64,000 nucleotides of DNA from Mustelus asterias (GCF_964213995.1 NW_027590498.1:1-64000); one strand, 5' to 3'; counted from the stretch's first letter, positions 24,248-37,219 are shown. Notes: a model not told the origin generated them from the sequence alone. Made by a program: numbers and translations.

Positions 24248-25498
24248 ATGATGTGGAGATGCCGGCGTTGGACTGGGGTAAACACAGTAAGAAGTCTCAC
24301 AACACCAGGTTAAAGTCCAACAGGTTTATTTGGTAGCAAAAGCCATTTGCTTTCGGAGCACTGCTCCTTCATCAGGTAAGTAGGAGTTCTGTTCACAAAC
24401 AGGGCATATAAAGACACAAACTCAACTTACAAAATAATGGTTGGAATGTGAGTCTTTACAGGTAATCAAGTCTTAAAGGTACAGACAATGTGAGTGGAGA
24501 GAGGGTTAAGCACAGGTTAAAGAGATGTGTATTGTCTCCAGCCGGGACAGTTAGCGAGATTTTACAAGCCCAGGCAAGTCGTGGGGGTCACAGATAGTGT
24601 GACATGAACCCAACATCCCAGTTGAGGCTGTCGTCATGTGTGCGGAACTTGGCTATCAGTCTCTGCTCAGTGACTCTGCGTTGTCGTGTGTCGTGAAGGC
24701 CAGCTTGGAGAACGCTTACCCGAAGATCAGAGACCGAATGCCCGTGACCGCTGAAATGTTCCCCAACAGGAAGAGAACACTCTTGCCTGGTGATTGTCGA
24801 GCGGTGTTCATTCATCCGTTGTCGCAGCGTCTGCATGGTCTCCCCAATGTACCATGCCTCGGGACATCCTTCCCTGCAGCGTATCAGGTAGACAACGTTG
24901 GCCGAGTTGCAAGTGTATGTACCGTGCACCTGGTGGATGGTGTTCTCATGTGAGATGATGGCATCCGTGTCGATGATCCGGCATGTTGTGCAGAGGTTGC
25001 TGTGGCAGGGTTATGTGGTGTCGTGGTCACTGTTCTCCTGAAGGCTGGGTAGTTTGCAGCAGACAATGGTCTGTTTGAGATTGTGCGGTTGTTTGAAGGC
25101 AAGAAGTGGGGGTGTGGGGATGGCCTTGGCGAGATGTTCGTCTTCATCAATGACATGTTGAAGGCTCCGGATACGATGTCGTAGCTTCTCTGCTCCGGGG
25201 AAGTACTGGACGACGAAGGGTACTCTTTCCACAGTGTCCTGTGTTTGTCTTCTGAGGAGGTCGGTGCGGTTTTTCACTGTGGCGCGTCGGAACTGTCGAT
25301 CGTTGAGTCGAGCGCCATATCCTGTTCTTATGAACAGGATTATGTAAATTATTTTGTAAATTGAGTTTGTGTCTTTATATGCCCTGTTTGTGAACAGAAC
25401 TCCCACTTACCTGATGAAGGAGCAGCGCTCCGAAAGCTTGTGGCTTGTGCTGCCAAATAAGCCTGTTGGATTTTAACCTGGTTTTGTGAGACTTCTCA
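24248..25498 (-). mobile_element. 5'-truncated Penelope-like element with GIY-YIG endonuclease, inverted terminal repeat and 13-bp TSD
   Basis: ORF 24588-24929 NVVYLIRC..C...YIGET...LRQRMNEH...VGEHF (GIY-YIG); 24284-24436 is inverted at 25348-25498; cattattttagtg at 24235-24247 and 25499-25511. Confidence 0.92.
25406..25444 (+). ncRNA. Minimal type I hammerhead ribozyme motif in the inverted Penelope repeat
   Basis: ttac-CUGAUGA-a-ggagc(agc)gctcc-GAAA-GC-UU-gtgg. Confidence 0.75.
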
Positions 25499-27005
25499 CA
25501 TTATTTTAGTGCCCAGTCGATGATTTGGACTGAAATTGGTCTCAGTCTGTTTCTGTGTTGTGAGTGTGTGTGTATTTGTGAAGTCAGAGTGTTTTTTTGT
25601 CTGCATGTCTGTGTGTGCGAGTTTGCCTGTGTCTGTCTGAGAGTGCATTTCTGTGAATGTGTTTGTCTTCGAGTTCGCCTGTTGCTTTTTCTTAGGTTAG
25701 TTTCAATTCTCTAAATAGATTCGTCTGCGTTAATATAAAAAATAGGAACAATAAAAATACAGCAGCACAATCCTCCAACGTTTCTATGTTTTAAAATGAC
25801 CCTTCAGTCGCCTGAGGGTTCAGTGATCTCCCAGGCAGAGGCCATTTACCTCACTTCGCCACTAGAGGGAGCTCCCTCACTGTGATTGTGTGGAATGAAG
25901 GAGTCTTGTGTTATTGTCAGTATTTTCATGTTTAAAAGATGTTTTTGTTAAAAGCTCATTGTCCGTCCAGTGACTCTGTTCATCCACATTTCTAGAACAA
26001 AAAGGTAAAAGTTACGGTCAATTGAGCCAGGATTTTATTCTGGGACCTCCCTGCCCAGAAGTAACATCAGCTGGGATTGTAACTTAGCAGCAGAAACCCA
26101 TCTTCTGTTCTATTCCCCCAATTCCCACAAAATAGTTTTTAGATTTGGGTGAGTTTGTATAAAATTGACAAAGGTGGAGATTCAAGACACTTAACAAGTG
26201 AATAAAGGCACAAGATTCCACAGATTCTGCACAAACAAATTAAACGTTTCTATACACAATGATAAAGGGAAAACAAGTTACAATATGTGGAAGGTAAAAC
26301 ATTCAAGGACTTTAGAGAGGAAAGGGAGATGGGATGGTAGTTCACAAGGGCATGTGTCAAAGATATTTTATTGAGAAGTGGGTGATGATATCGGATTTGA
26401 AGGAGAGGAAGATATTGACAATATCAGCTGATATGGAGAAGTTGTGCTGTCAGTAGCCCAGTGGGAATAGGATTGAGGGATCAAGAGATGGGTCTCATGG
26501 GGAAGATGAGCTCTAAGAGGACATGAGGGGTGGCAGGAGAGAAACTGCAGAAAGATGAGAGTTCAGAGCTCAGAAAGGGGAGCGTTAGAGGTGGTTTGGC
26601 CCAGTGGGTTAGGGGAAGGAGGGAAGCAGGAGAGACAGCTGATTGGATTGTCTCAAACTTAGTGACAAAGAAGATCGTGAGTTTTATTCCAAATGAGCAC
26701 TTGCAGGGAGGTGAAGATGGAAGAGGGACAAAGGGAGAGCAACTCAAAAGGAATTCAGTTGTGCTGATGATATTAAAAAGATTCACAGTACTGAACACAA
26801 AGATAATTTATTTGACTTTTATTCAGAATATTAAACCGTACAACTGGCTGGAGTTCATTAACATCAACAAAAACAAACGCAATGAACATATTACAGTCCT
26901 GGATAGGATTAACAGCAGATTCCGATCACTGTGGTTACTAGTGAATTCTTTGGTGTCTAAGCAGGTAGGATGACTGAGTGAATCTCTTCCCACTTTCAGA
27001 GCAGG

Positions 27006-27926
27006 AGGGATGGGTTGGTAAGTTTGCTGACGACACCAAGGTAGGTGGTGTTGTGGATAGTTTGGAGGGATGTCAGAAGTTGCAGCGAGACATAGATAGA
27101 ATGCAAGACTGGGCGGAGAAGTGGCAGATGGACTTCAACCCGGATAAGTGTGTGGTGATCCATTTTGGCAGATCCAATGGGATGAAGCAGCAGTATAATA
27201 TGAAGGGTACCATTCTTAGCAGTGTAGAGGATCAGAAGGACCTTGGGGTCCGGGTCCATAGGACTCTTAAATCGGCCTCGCAGGTGGAGGATGCGGTCAA
27301 GAAGGCGTACGGCGTACTGGCCTTCATTAATCGAGGGATTGAGTTTAGGAGTCGGGAGATAATGCTGCAGCTTTATAGGACCCTGGTTAGACCCCACTTG
27401 GAGTACTGCGCGCAGTTCTGGTCACCTCATTACAGGAAAGATGTTGAAGCCATTGAAAGGGTGCAGAGGAGATTTACAAGGATGTTGCCTGGATTGGGGG
27501 GCATGCCTTATGAGGATAGGTTGAGGAAGCTTGGTCTCTTCTCCCTGGAGAGACGAAGGATGAGAGGTGACCTGATAGAGGTTTACAAGATGTTGAGAGG
27601 TCTGGATAGGGTAGACTCTCAGAGGCTATTTCCAAGGGCTGAAATGGTTGCTACGAGAGGACACAGGTTTAAGGTGCTGGGGGGTAGGTACAGAGGAGAT
27701 GTCAGGGGTAAGTTTTTCACTCAGAGGGTGGTGGGTGAGTGGAATCGGCTGACGTCGGTGGTGGTGGAGGCAAACTCGTTGGGGTCTTTTAAGAGACTTC
27801 TGGATGAGTACATGGGATTTAATGGGATTGAGGGCTATAGATAGGCCTAGAGGTGGGGATGTGATCGGTGCAACTTGTGGGCCGAAGGGCCTGTTTGTGC
27901 TGTGGCTTTCTATGTTCTATGTTCTA
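27006..27926 (+). mobile_element. CR1 LINE 3' part inserted antisense in a ZNF coding exon
   Basis: Open frame from KFADDTK to the ORF2 stop at 27844; TTCTATG tail; ZNF sequence on both sides. Confidence 0.95.
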
Positions 27927-28722
27927 ATGGCCTTTCCCCAGTGTGAGCTTGCTTGTGTCTCAGCAGGCTGGAGGACTGAATGAAGCCCTTCCCACATTCA
28001 AAGCAAGTGAATGGCCTTTCCCTAGTGTGGGTGCGCTGGTGTAGAATGAGGTCATATGATCGCCTGAACCCAGCCTCACAGTGAGAGCACCTGAACGGTC
28101 TCTCATCAGTGTGAATACGTTGATGGGACATCAGTTCACCAGAACTTTTATAGCACTTCTCACAGTCAGAGCATTTAAAAGGTCTCTCCCCAGTGTGAAT
28201 ACGTTGGTGTGTCAATAGTTGGGATGACCGAGTGAATCCCTTTCCACACTCAGAGCAGGTGAATGGTCTCTCCCCAGTGTGAATTCGCTGGTGTACAGTA
28301 AGGTTATGTGAATGCTTGAACCCAGTCCCACAGTGAGAGCACCTGAATGGTCTCTCATCAGTGTGAACACGTTGATGGGACATCAGTTCCCAATAACTTT
28401 TGAAGCACTTCCCACAGTCTGAGCATTTAACAGGTTTCTCATCAGTGTGAACTCGTTGATGAGCAAGTAGATTGGATGACTGAGTGAATCCCTTCCCACA
28501 CTCAGAGCAGGTGAACGGTCTCTCCCCAGTGTGACTGCGCCGATGAATTTCCAGCTGGGATGGGGAATTAAATTCCTTCCCACAGTTCACACATTTCCAC
28601 AGTTTTTCCATGGAGTGACTGCACTTACGTTTTGACAGGCCAGAGGATCGGCTGAAGCCTCGTCCACACACAGAACACGTGTACAGTTTCTCGCCACTGT
28701 GAATAGTGCTTTTTCCTTCCAT
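27910..28722 (-). CDS. Tandem C2H2 zinc-finger protein (9 fingers), C-terminus truncated by CR1
   Basis: 270-aa ORF starting [12 protein letters not shown]; the original last finger ([21 protein letters not shown]) lies at about 26938-27005 beyond the CR1. Confidence 0.85.
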   Translation of the reverse strand: MEGKSTIHSGEKLYTCSVCGRGFSRSSGLSKRKCSHSMEKLWKCVNCGKEFNSPSQLEIHRRSHTGERPFTCSECGKGFTQSSNLLAHQRVHTDEKPVKCSDCGKCFKSYWELMSHQRVHTDERPFRCSHCGTGFKHSHNLTVHQRIHTGERPFTCSECGKGFTRSSQLLTHQRIHTGERPFKCSDCEKCYKSSGELMSHQRIHTDERPFRCSHCEAGFRRSYDLILHQRTHTRERPFTCFECGKGFIQSSSLLRHKQAHTGERPLEHRT

Positions 28723-29068
28723 GTTCCAAATCCACTGATATTCAGTTATGATAAATTAGATGACTCTGGCAGTTCCCGATATGATATTTACTTTCAGTTT
28801 CCTGACTGCAAATCGTCCCCTTCTAGTCCCTGTGAAACTGATTTAAAACAGAAAAAGGGGGATTGAGAGAAAACCCACAGAGACAGGTGATGAATAGAGT
28901 CCAGACCAAAGCAACAATTTTTTAAAAAACACGCAGGAGGCCAGGAAATGAGGATCGTCGAGATATTCAGCAGACTAGGCAGCCTGTGAGAGCTACAAAC
29001 ATTATTGAGGGCTCAGGTTGCTGACTTGCCCTCAGTCTATAATGAAACATCTAGAGTCACGCACTGAC

Positions 29069-29102
29069 TAATGGCGGTCACATCTCCCACAATGCTCTGC
29101 GC
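29069..29102. promoter_or_regulatory. YY1 + ZNF143/Staf-like site
   Basis: aatggcgg followed by acatctcccacaatgctctgcg, about 350 bp upstream of the ZNF ATG. Confidence 0.5.
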
Positions 29103-29582
29103 CCCAGAAACCCCTCTATTAAAAAGTTGCTCACCGTAATTCACTAATCATAGAATCCTTACAGTGCAGAAAGAGGCCATTTTACCCATCGAGTCTCTAC
29201 TGACTCTGAGAGCATCTTTCCCAGGCTCACCCCCTATCCCAGTAACCCCACGCACTTACTCTGCTAATCCCCATCCTGACCTTTTTCTTCACCCTGCCTG
29301 CAATCGCAACAATATATTCTGTCCCCGACTCTTTTCCTTCCCCCCTCTGTACTTTATCAAGTTCTGACTTTTTTTCTGTATAACACGCAAGAAATAATTT
29401 TCACTGTATCCCAGAACATGCAACAATAATAAATCAAATTAGACCCTACGCATCTTGGGACACTAAGGGACAAATTTAACATGGTCAATTCACCGAACCT
29501 GCACACCTTTGGGCAGTGAGAGGAAACCAGAGCACCCAGAGGAAATGCACACAGACTGGGGGAGATTGTGCAAACTCCACAC

Positions 29583-29862
29583 CTGAGGTGGAGATGTTGG
29601 ACTGGGGTGGGCACAGTAAGAAGTCTCACAACACCAGGTTATTTGGAACCCCGAGCTTTTGGAGTGCTGATGAAGGAGCAGCTTTGACACACGGTCATCT
29701 GGACTCAAAATGTCAGTTCTTTTCTCTCTTTACAGATGCTGCCAGACCTGCTGAGATTTTCCAGCATTTTCTCTTTTGGTTTCAGATTCCAGCATCCGCA
29801 GTAATTTGCATTGATTCCAAATAACTTATTGGACTTTAACCTGATATTGTGAGACTTCTTAC
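29583..29862. mobile_element. Inverted Penelope-like mini-element containing a second repeat family, nested in a SINE
   Basis: Terminal sequences in opposite orientation; tgtgcaaactccacac duplicated at 29567-29582 and 29863-29878; internal 29681-29810 matches 31838-31972. Confidence 0.75.
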
Positions 29863-31838
29863 TGTGCAAACTCCACACAGACAGTCACTCACCCACGGCT
29901 GGAATCGAACCCAGACTCAATGAGGCAGCAGTGCTAACCACTGTGCCACAGTGAAGGGAGTTTGCCGCAAATTTCGGGTGATAACAATGGGCTGGGTGTT
30001 GCTCAGAATGTGGAGCACTGCAGCAAAGTACAGAGAGACAGAGACAGAGCAGCAGACTGGACTGAGAAATGGAGTCTGCAGACTGGAACTGGCAGCATGA
30101 GGAGAGGTTATTTAGTCTAACACTCACAGCAATCTACAACCCACCCCCATTACCGAGACAGTGAGCCAGAGATTACAAACACTCACCAACACAGCTCCAC
30201 TGAAGCGTCCCAGGAAAAAGGGGGAATCTGTGGCAGTTCCTGTCCTGATATAGCCCCAGGACTGTCACTCAAACCCCCAACCCGGCCCAGTTCACAGCTC
30301 AGCCTCTCAGCTTGCAGCTTCCTGCACCTTGAGCCAACCCTGCCCAGGTGAGGGAGGGATGTGGAACCACAGAGTGGGGGGAGGGGTGACCTCCTGCTGT
30401 GCCCCAAATAGTTTCTCCTTCCCCTCCCCTTGGCGCTCTAAGGTCTCAATGTGGATGTGTTGATGGACATTGCAGAGCCTCACTGAACTGTGCCTGTCCC
30501 TTATCCTGGGTCACCCCCTCCCCCTGGGTCCAGTGTGTTCAGTTCGCTGCTTCTTTCCCTGCTGAACCTTCAGTTGATCAAAAACAGAAAGTGCTGGAAA
30601 ACCTCAGCAGGTCTGACAGCATCTGTGATCATCCAGACTGGAAGCATTAACTCTATTCTCTCCACAGATGCTGAGATTTCCAGCATTTTCTGTTTCTGTT
30701 TCAGATTCCAGCACCCGCAGTATTTTGCTTTTATCTTAAACAAGCATTCTTTGATGGCCTTTACCCTGATTGCTCCTTTCCAGAGCTTCCCACCTTCTGC
30801 TATTGTCCCTGACTCCCACATTAACTCTGTCATTCCTCCCCTTTTCCCCACTCACTCTGTCTGAAGTCAGGCTCAGAGTTTTACCGCCATCTCCCCCTCC
30901 CCCAGCTCCCACATCCCAACACCCGGAATCTCTAACCCAGCGGTTCAAGTTTGTCTGGTGTGAGTTCAGATTTGCCGCAGCACCGACAGGATTTCACTTC
31001 AAACCAGCCGGAACTGACTGCTCACAAATCCCTAAATGTTTCTCCAGCAGCCCGGGCTTGTTAATGTTGTTTAAAGTCAGCGCCCAAATGCAGTTACTCT
31101 CCTCAGTTTAAAAAACTTCTCCGTTTAATCTAAGGGATTATTCACACCAGACACCCACCCCGCCCCCCCTCCCCCCACCCCCCGCCCCGCCCCCCCCCCC
31201 CCCCCCCGGCCACCCAGACCAGAGCTGGGGTGTCCTGAGTAAGAGACATCTGTTCCAGGTGTGACAATTCTTACACATTGTCTGGTTGACATCAAACGGA
31301 AAACGCTGGAATTATTCATGAATGAAAGCAAATTGCTGCTTTTGTCAAAGGGGTCACCTGGACTCGAAACCTCAGCTCTTTTTGTCTCCTTACAGATGCT
31401 GCCAGACCTGCTGAGATTTTCCAGCGTTTTCTCTTTTGGCTGGAAATACTCAACAAGTCAGGCAGCCTCTGTGGAGCGAGAAACAGACTGAATGTGACCT
31501 GTCATCGGAACTGGGAAATATAATATTATTTCTCGCAACTGAAAGAGACACTTTACAGCCTTCAGAACAAAACTGAGCTCAACAATTTTACACCACAATC
31601 TCTGCCCCCATTGTGTTCTGTGTTTCGTTGCTGCTTTTTTCACCTCATTTCCCTCTTGTTTACTTTACATTCAGACTATCGCTCACCGGCTATTCACACC
31701 TCATCCAGAACATCTTTTGTGTCTTTACTTGTCCCATTACCACTCGCTTTGGTCTTGGGCCGTGAATCATTTTGTCAGTTTGCGGATCTTACATTTTGTT
31801 CTTCTCCACCTCCCTCTCTCAATTCTTCAGAGGTCAGT

Positions 31839-31873
31839 CTTTGACAAAGGGTCATCTGGACTCGAAACGTCAG
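31839..31873 (+). ncRNA. Hammerhead ribozyme-like motif, U3-A8 core variant
   Basis: ct-UUGACAA-a-gggtc(atctg)gactc-GAAA-CG-UC-ag; palindromic ACGU stem III; stem I only 2 bp in this copy. Confidence 0.55.
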
Positions 31874-32410
31874 CACTTTTCTCTCCTGACAGATGCTGCC
31901 AGACCTGCTGAGATTTTCCAGCATTTTCTCTTTTGGTTTCAGATTCCAGCATTCACTGTAATTTGCTTTTATCCTGATTTTCCCTGTGTGGCTCTGGGGA
32001 GCGCTTGAGACGTTAGGGACAGAGAGAACGAGATTTTTCTCTCTCTCTCAGGGGGTCTTTGGTCTGTGGAATTCTCTTCGCCAGAGAGCAGTGTAGACAG
32101 AGTCATTGAATATTTTTAAGACTGAATAAATGGATTCCTGATTGACAAGAGAGTCAGAGGATTTGGGGGTGGGGGGAGGGGAGAGGGGACGGGGGGGAGG
32201 GGGGGGGCGGAGACAGAAAAATGGAGTTCTGGCCACAATCAGATCAGTTGGGATCTTGTCAAATGCTGCAGCAGAGGGGCCCAATGGTCCACTGCTGCTC
32301 CTCATTCATATGGATGTTTGGCTGTATGTTTCACTCTGTTTCTGCCTTCATAGAAGCTGCTGGGCCTGTTGACTATTTGTGGCATTGACTGTTTTATTTC
32401 AGATTTTAAG

Positions 32411-32578
32411 ACTCTGTAACGTATCACTGCGTAATCCAACAATTAATCCAGTTCTCCTGGATTTCTACTCTGTAACATATCACTGTGTAATCCAACAATT
32501 AATCCAGTTCTCCTGGATTTCTACTCTGTAACATATCACTGTGTAATCCAACAATTAATCCAGTTCCCCTGGATTTCT
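32411..32578. repeat. 3 x 56-bp tandem repeat
   Basis: actctgtaacatatcactgtgtaatccaacaattaatccagttctcctggatttct at 32411, 32467 and 32523. Confidence 0.9.
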
Positions 32579-32584
32579 GCTCTG

Positions 32585-34592
32585 TGGCATAGTGGTTAGC
32601 ACTGCTGCCTCACAGCGCCAGGGACCCGGGTTCGATTCAAGTTTTGGGTCACTGTCTGTGTTGAGTTTGCACATTCTCCCCGTGTCTGCATGTGTTTCCT
32701 CCGGGTGCTCCAGTTTCCTCCCACAGTCCAAAGATGGGCGGGTTATGTGGATTGGCCATACTAAATTGCCCCTTAGTTTCAGGGGGAATTAGCTAGGGTA
32801 AATGCATGGCATTAAGGGGGTGGGGCCTGGATAGGATTGTGGTCGGTGCAGACTCAATGGGCCGAATGGCCTCCTTCTGCACTGTTGGATTCTATGATTC
32901 TAGTTAGAAGTCTCACAACACCAGGTTAAAATCCAACAGGTTTATTTGGTATCACGGGCTTTCGGGACGCACGCGCATGCGCGCACGCACGCACCCGCAC
33001 ACACGGGTTGATGTCAGTCTCAGTCTAATCCAACTGCTGGGCACCAAAATAATAACAGAAGCCAATCTGAAACTCAGTGTGTGTGTTTTATTGTGAAATG
33101 AGATAATGTATAAATATATCCCCATCGCTCCGGGTGGGAGTGGAATTGATGATTTCTTGACTGTCTGTCTGCACTGCTGCCTCATAGTGCCAGGGACCTG
33201 ATTTAATTCCCGGCTTGGGTCACTGTCTGTGCAGAGTCTGCATGTTCTCCCCGTGTCTGTGTGGGTTCCCTCCAGGTGCTCTGGTTTCCTCCCATGGTCT
33301 GAAAAATGCACTGTTTAGGTGCATTGACCCGAACAGTTGCCAGACTGTGGTGACAAGGGGAATTTCACAGTGTTAATTGCAGTGTTAATGTAAGCCTTAC
33401 TTGTGACTAATAAATAAACTTTAACTTTTAACTTGAATTTTGTGATCTCATAGAAACGTAGAATCTTACAGTGCAGAAGAAGGACATTCAGCCCATCGAG
33501 TCTGCACCAACCACAATCCCACCCAGGCCCTATCCCCGTAACTCCACATATTTAACCTGCTAATCCTCCTGACACTAAGGTCAATTTTGCATGGCCAGTC
33601 AACCTAAGCAGCACATCTTTGGACTGTGGAAGGAAACCGGAGCACCCGGAGGAAACCCACACAGACACGGGGAGAATGTGCAGACTCTGCACAGACAGTG
33701 ACCCAAGCCGGGAATTGAACTCAGGTCCCTGGCGCTGTGAGGCAGTAGTGCTAACCACTGTGCCACCATGCCGCCCTCATCTTCCAGAACAAATAGTAAA
33801 TTGTTGAGATTATAAAGTTTGAATTGTAATATCTAATGGTGTAAAGTATCTGGGAGCAGAGTGGATGTGATAAAGGCTGGAATACAGACTGTGGGAATGA
33901 GGCTGAAACTGCTGTGCTCAGTGAATGGTTCTTATTGGAGGGAGGGATGGGAGGAGGGAGAGAGGGATGGATGGTGAGAGGGAGGGATGGAGAAAGGGAG
34001 GGAGTGTGAGGTGGATGGAGGGAGAGAGGGATGAATGGGGGAGAATGTGAAAAGCTGAAGTTTACATTTGAGGAGGTTCCCAGTCTCTCTGATCTCCAGT
34101 CTCCAGCTGAACTGGGGAAGCTTTTGCACAGACTGTGCTGCTGCTGTTTCGCCTCCTGTCCACCAGGGGTCGCTATATGCCTCCCAGCTGCTGCTCCTCC
34201 CAGTGTCACCACTTGCCCACTCCAGCCCCTCCAGTACACCTCACTGGAGCCCCAGGCCATTCTTGCCATCCTGCCAGGTCTCGGGTACTGAGGCCAATAG
34301 TAAAGTTTATTTATGTGTCACAACTAGGTTTACATTCACACTGTAATGAAGTCACTGTGAAAATCACTTTGTTGCCACACTCCGGCACCTGTTCGGGTAC
34401 ACTGAGGGAGAATTCAGCATGGCCAATGCACCTAACCAGCCTGTCTTTTGAACTGTGGGAGGAAACTGGAGCAAATCCACACAGACACGTGGAAAATGTG
34501 CAAACTCCACACAGTGACCCAGCCGGGAATCGAATCCAAACCCCTGGTGCTGTGAGGCAGCAGTGCTAACCACTGGGCCACTGTACCACCCA
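32585..34592. mobile_element. Cluster of tRNA-derived SINE copies
   Basis: Copies at about 32585-32900 (+), 33170-33430 (+), 33450-33775 (-) and 34300-34590 (-), plus a Penelope terminal fragment at 32903-32966. Confidence 0.8.
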
Positions 34593-36007
34593 GTGCTCTA
34601 AGGTTAAGTTTCTTCTTCAAATCAAAGAAGATTCAGTGTCACATCAGGACGGGGAAAAAGGAGTCCATTGGCTTCAGATGGATAATGGTAAAAGTGAATA
34701 TCCCAATTTATTCACTTTATTCCTTCAAGCTGAGGTTTACAAAGTGAAAATTCCGCTGTTTATAGCAGTGACTAAATAAGCAATGACCCACCACATAGCT
34801 AGTAATGCAGAATTTATCCCATAGGCAGCTCCTTGGCTCATTGTCTGCTGATGTGTCATCCAGAGCTGTTTTGCTGGCAGTTTGTGTCTGTAGCAGGCTG
34901 CCGTTACCATCCACTCTTGGGCAGGGTGAGGAGACAGCTCCGACACCGACCTCAGCTGGAATGGGGATTGAACCAGACATTAGTCCGCAGGCCAGCAACG
35001 CTGCAAGAATTGCAAAGGGGCTCCACAGAGGCCCAGAATTAGAAGAGGGGGTTGTGAAGATGGAGGAAGTGTCTGCAAGACATGGGGACATTTTGGATTA
35101 TCTCAAAATTACAGAATATGGGAGACCAGTCAGAAATGTGTTGAAATTGTCAAGTCTGACGGTAATGTGTGGATGTGGGCTTCAGCAGCAGATGAAGGGC
35201 TGCACGGTGGAACAGTGGTTAACACTGCTGCCTAACAGCACTGGGTTTGAATCCAGCCTTGGGTTTCTGTGTGGAGTTTGCACCTTCTCCCTGTGTCTGA
35301 GTTTCCTCTGGGTACTTCAGTTTCCTCCTACAGTCCAAAGATGTGCAGGTTAGGTGGATTGGCCATGTTAAATTATCTGTTTGCGTCCAAAGATGTGTAG
35401 GTTAGGGGGGTTAGCAGGGTAAATGCACAAGGGTACAGGGCCCATCGAGTCTGCACAGACTCTCCAACAGAGCATCTTACCCAGGCCCTATCCCCGTAGC
35501 CCCACATATTTATCCCGCTATTCCACTGTGTTACTTATTCATTACAATAGGGACCAGAGTCTGAGGTTATAAATGGGTGAGTTTACTCCAATAGTAATTC
35601 TTTCGACATCTGACAAGTTTACAGCTATTAACATCGTGCCTATCAAATAGCTCCAGTCTACATATGAGAGGGCCAACATTCAGAGCTTTCAAATCCTTAT
35701 CCTGAAGTTACAAAACAGACTTTAGTCATCGGCCTGCTGATACATCGGCACATTCACACAGGGGTGGATTGGACTGTCATCTGTTTATTATTCATCTTTA
35801 GTTCAATACAGTTTCTGAGTGATTTAAATTTAAAACAAGGTCTGCAGGCGTGAAGATTTATTGACACATGAATGAGAGATGCTGTGGGGTATTCTACAAG
35901 TCCAACAGGGCTGATTTACATCAGATAAACTCCAACTATCAGTATAAACATTATTTAGTTGGGATGTAATTAACAGCAGCAATAACAGCAGAATCACACC
36001 CCTGTGA

Positions 36008-37219
36008 TCACTGGTGAACTCGCTGGTGTCTCACCAGGTTGTATGACTGGGTGAATCTCTTTCCACACATTGAACAAGGGAACGGCTTCTCCTCACTGTG
36101 AACTTGTTGGTGTCTCAGCAGAATAGATGACCGGGTGAATCCTTTCCCACACTCAGTGCAGGTGAACGGTTTGTCCTCAGAGTGATTTCGCTGGTGTGCG
36201 AGCAGAAGTTTTCTGCTTTTAAAGCTCTTCTCACAGTCAGAACATTTGAACGGTCTCTCATTTGTGTGAACAAGTTGGTGTGAAGTGAGAGAGGATAAAC
36301 AAGTGAATCCCTTCCCACACACAGGGCAGGTGAACGGCCTCTCCCCAGTGTGAATTCGCTGGTGTACAGAGAGGTCGCCTGATCGCCTGAAGCCAGTCCC
36401 GCAGTGAGAACACGTGAATGGTCTCTCGTCAGAGTGAACACGTTGATGGTGACGTAGTTCCTCAGAACTTTTATAGCCCTTCCCGCAGTCTGGACATTTA
36501 AACGGTCTCTCTTCACTGTGAACTCGTTGGTGTTTCTGCAGGTTGGATGATCGGTTAAATCCCTTCCCACATTCAGAGCAGGTGAATGGCCTCTCTCCAG
36601 TGTGAATGCGCTCATGTGCCACAAGGTGGAATGATGTCCTGAACCCCTTCTGGCAGTGGGAGCAGCTGAACGGTGTGGAACCGGTGTGAATGTACTGGTG
36701 CTCCCGGAGTGTGCGTGGAGTTTTAAAACTCTTTCCACACTCAGTGCATTTAAACTCTCTCCTGTCGGTGTGAACCCGCTGGTGTCTCTGCAGGGCAGAG
36801 AAATCTGTGAATCCCTTCCCGCACTCAGAGCAGGTGAAAGGCCTCTCCCCTGTGTGAATGTGCCAATGTATCAGCAGGGCCGATGACTGAGTAAATCCTT
36901 TTCCACATTCGGAGCAGGTGAACTGCCTCTCCCTGCTGTGAATGCGCTGGTGAATCAACAGGCCAGCTGTCTGAGTGAATCCCTTCCCACACACAGAGCA
37001 GGTAAAAGGTCTCTCTCCAGTGTGAGTGCGTTGGTGATTTTGCAGGTCAACTGGATAATTGAATCCTTTCCCACAGTCTCCACATTTATACGGTCTCTCC
37101 CTGGTGTGACTGCGCTTGTGTCTCGACAGGCCAGATGATCGATTGAAGCCTTGTCCACATACAGAACACTTGTACAGTGTCTCCTCTCTGTGAATGGTGC
37201 TTTTTTCTTCCATGTTCAA
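36008..37219 (-). CDS. Tandem C2H2 zinc-finger protein (14 intact fingers)
   Basis: 403-aa ORF starting MEEKSTIH; all fingers have canonical CxxC/HxxxH. Confidence 0.92.
   Translation of the reverse strand: MNMEEKSTIHREETLYKCSVCGQGFNRSSGLSRHKRSHTRERPYKCGDCGKGFNYPVDLQNHQRTHTGERPFTCSVCGKGFTQTAGLLIHQRIHSRERQFTCSECGKGFTQSSALLIHWHIHTGERPFTCSECGKGFTDFSALQRHQRVHTDRREFKCTECGKSFKTPRTLREHQYIHTGSTPFSCSHCQKGFRTSFHLVAHERIHTGERPFTCSECGKGFNRSSNLQKHQRVHSEERPFKCPDCGKGYKSSEELRHHQRVHSDERPFTCSHCGTGFRRSGDLSVHQRIHTGERPFTCPVCGKGFTCLSSLTSHQLVHTNERPFKCSDCEKSFKSRKLLLAHQRNHSEDKPFTCTECGKGFTRSSILLRHQQVHSEEKPFPCSMCGKRFTQSYNLVRHQRVHQ

Noticed and set aside
24340-24380. Active hammerheads at 24340-24380, 53172-53210 and 44308-44344
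   Set aside because: Each has a core substitution (U16.1 to A, U16.1 to C, and G12 to A respectively); counted as decayed copies.
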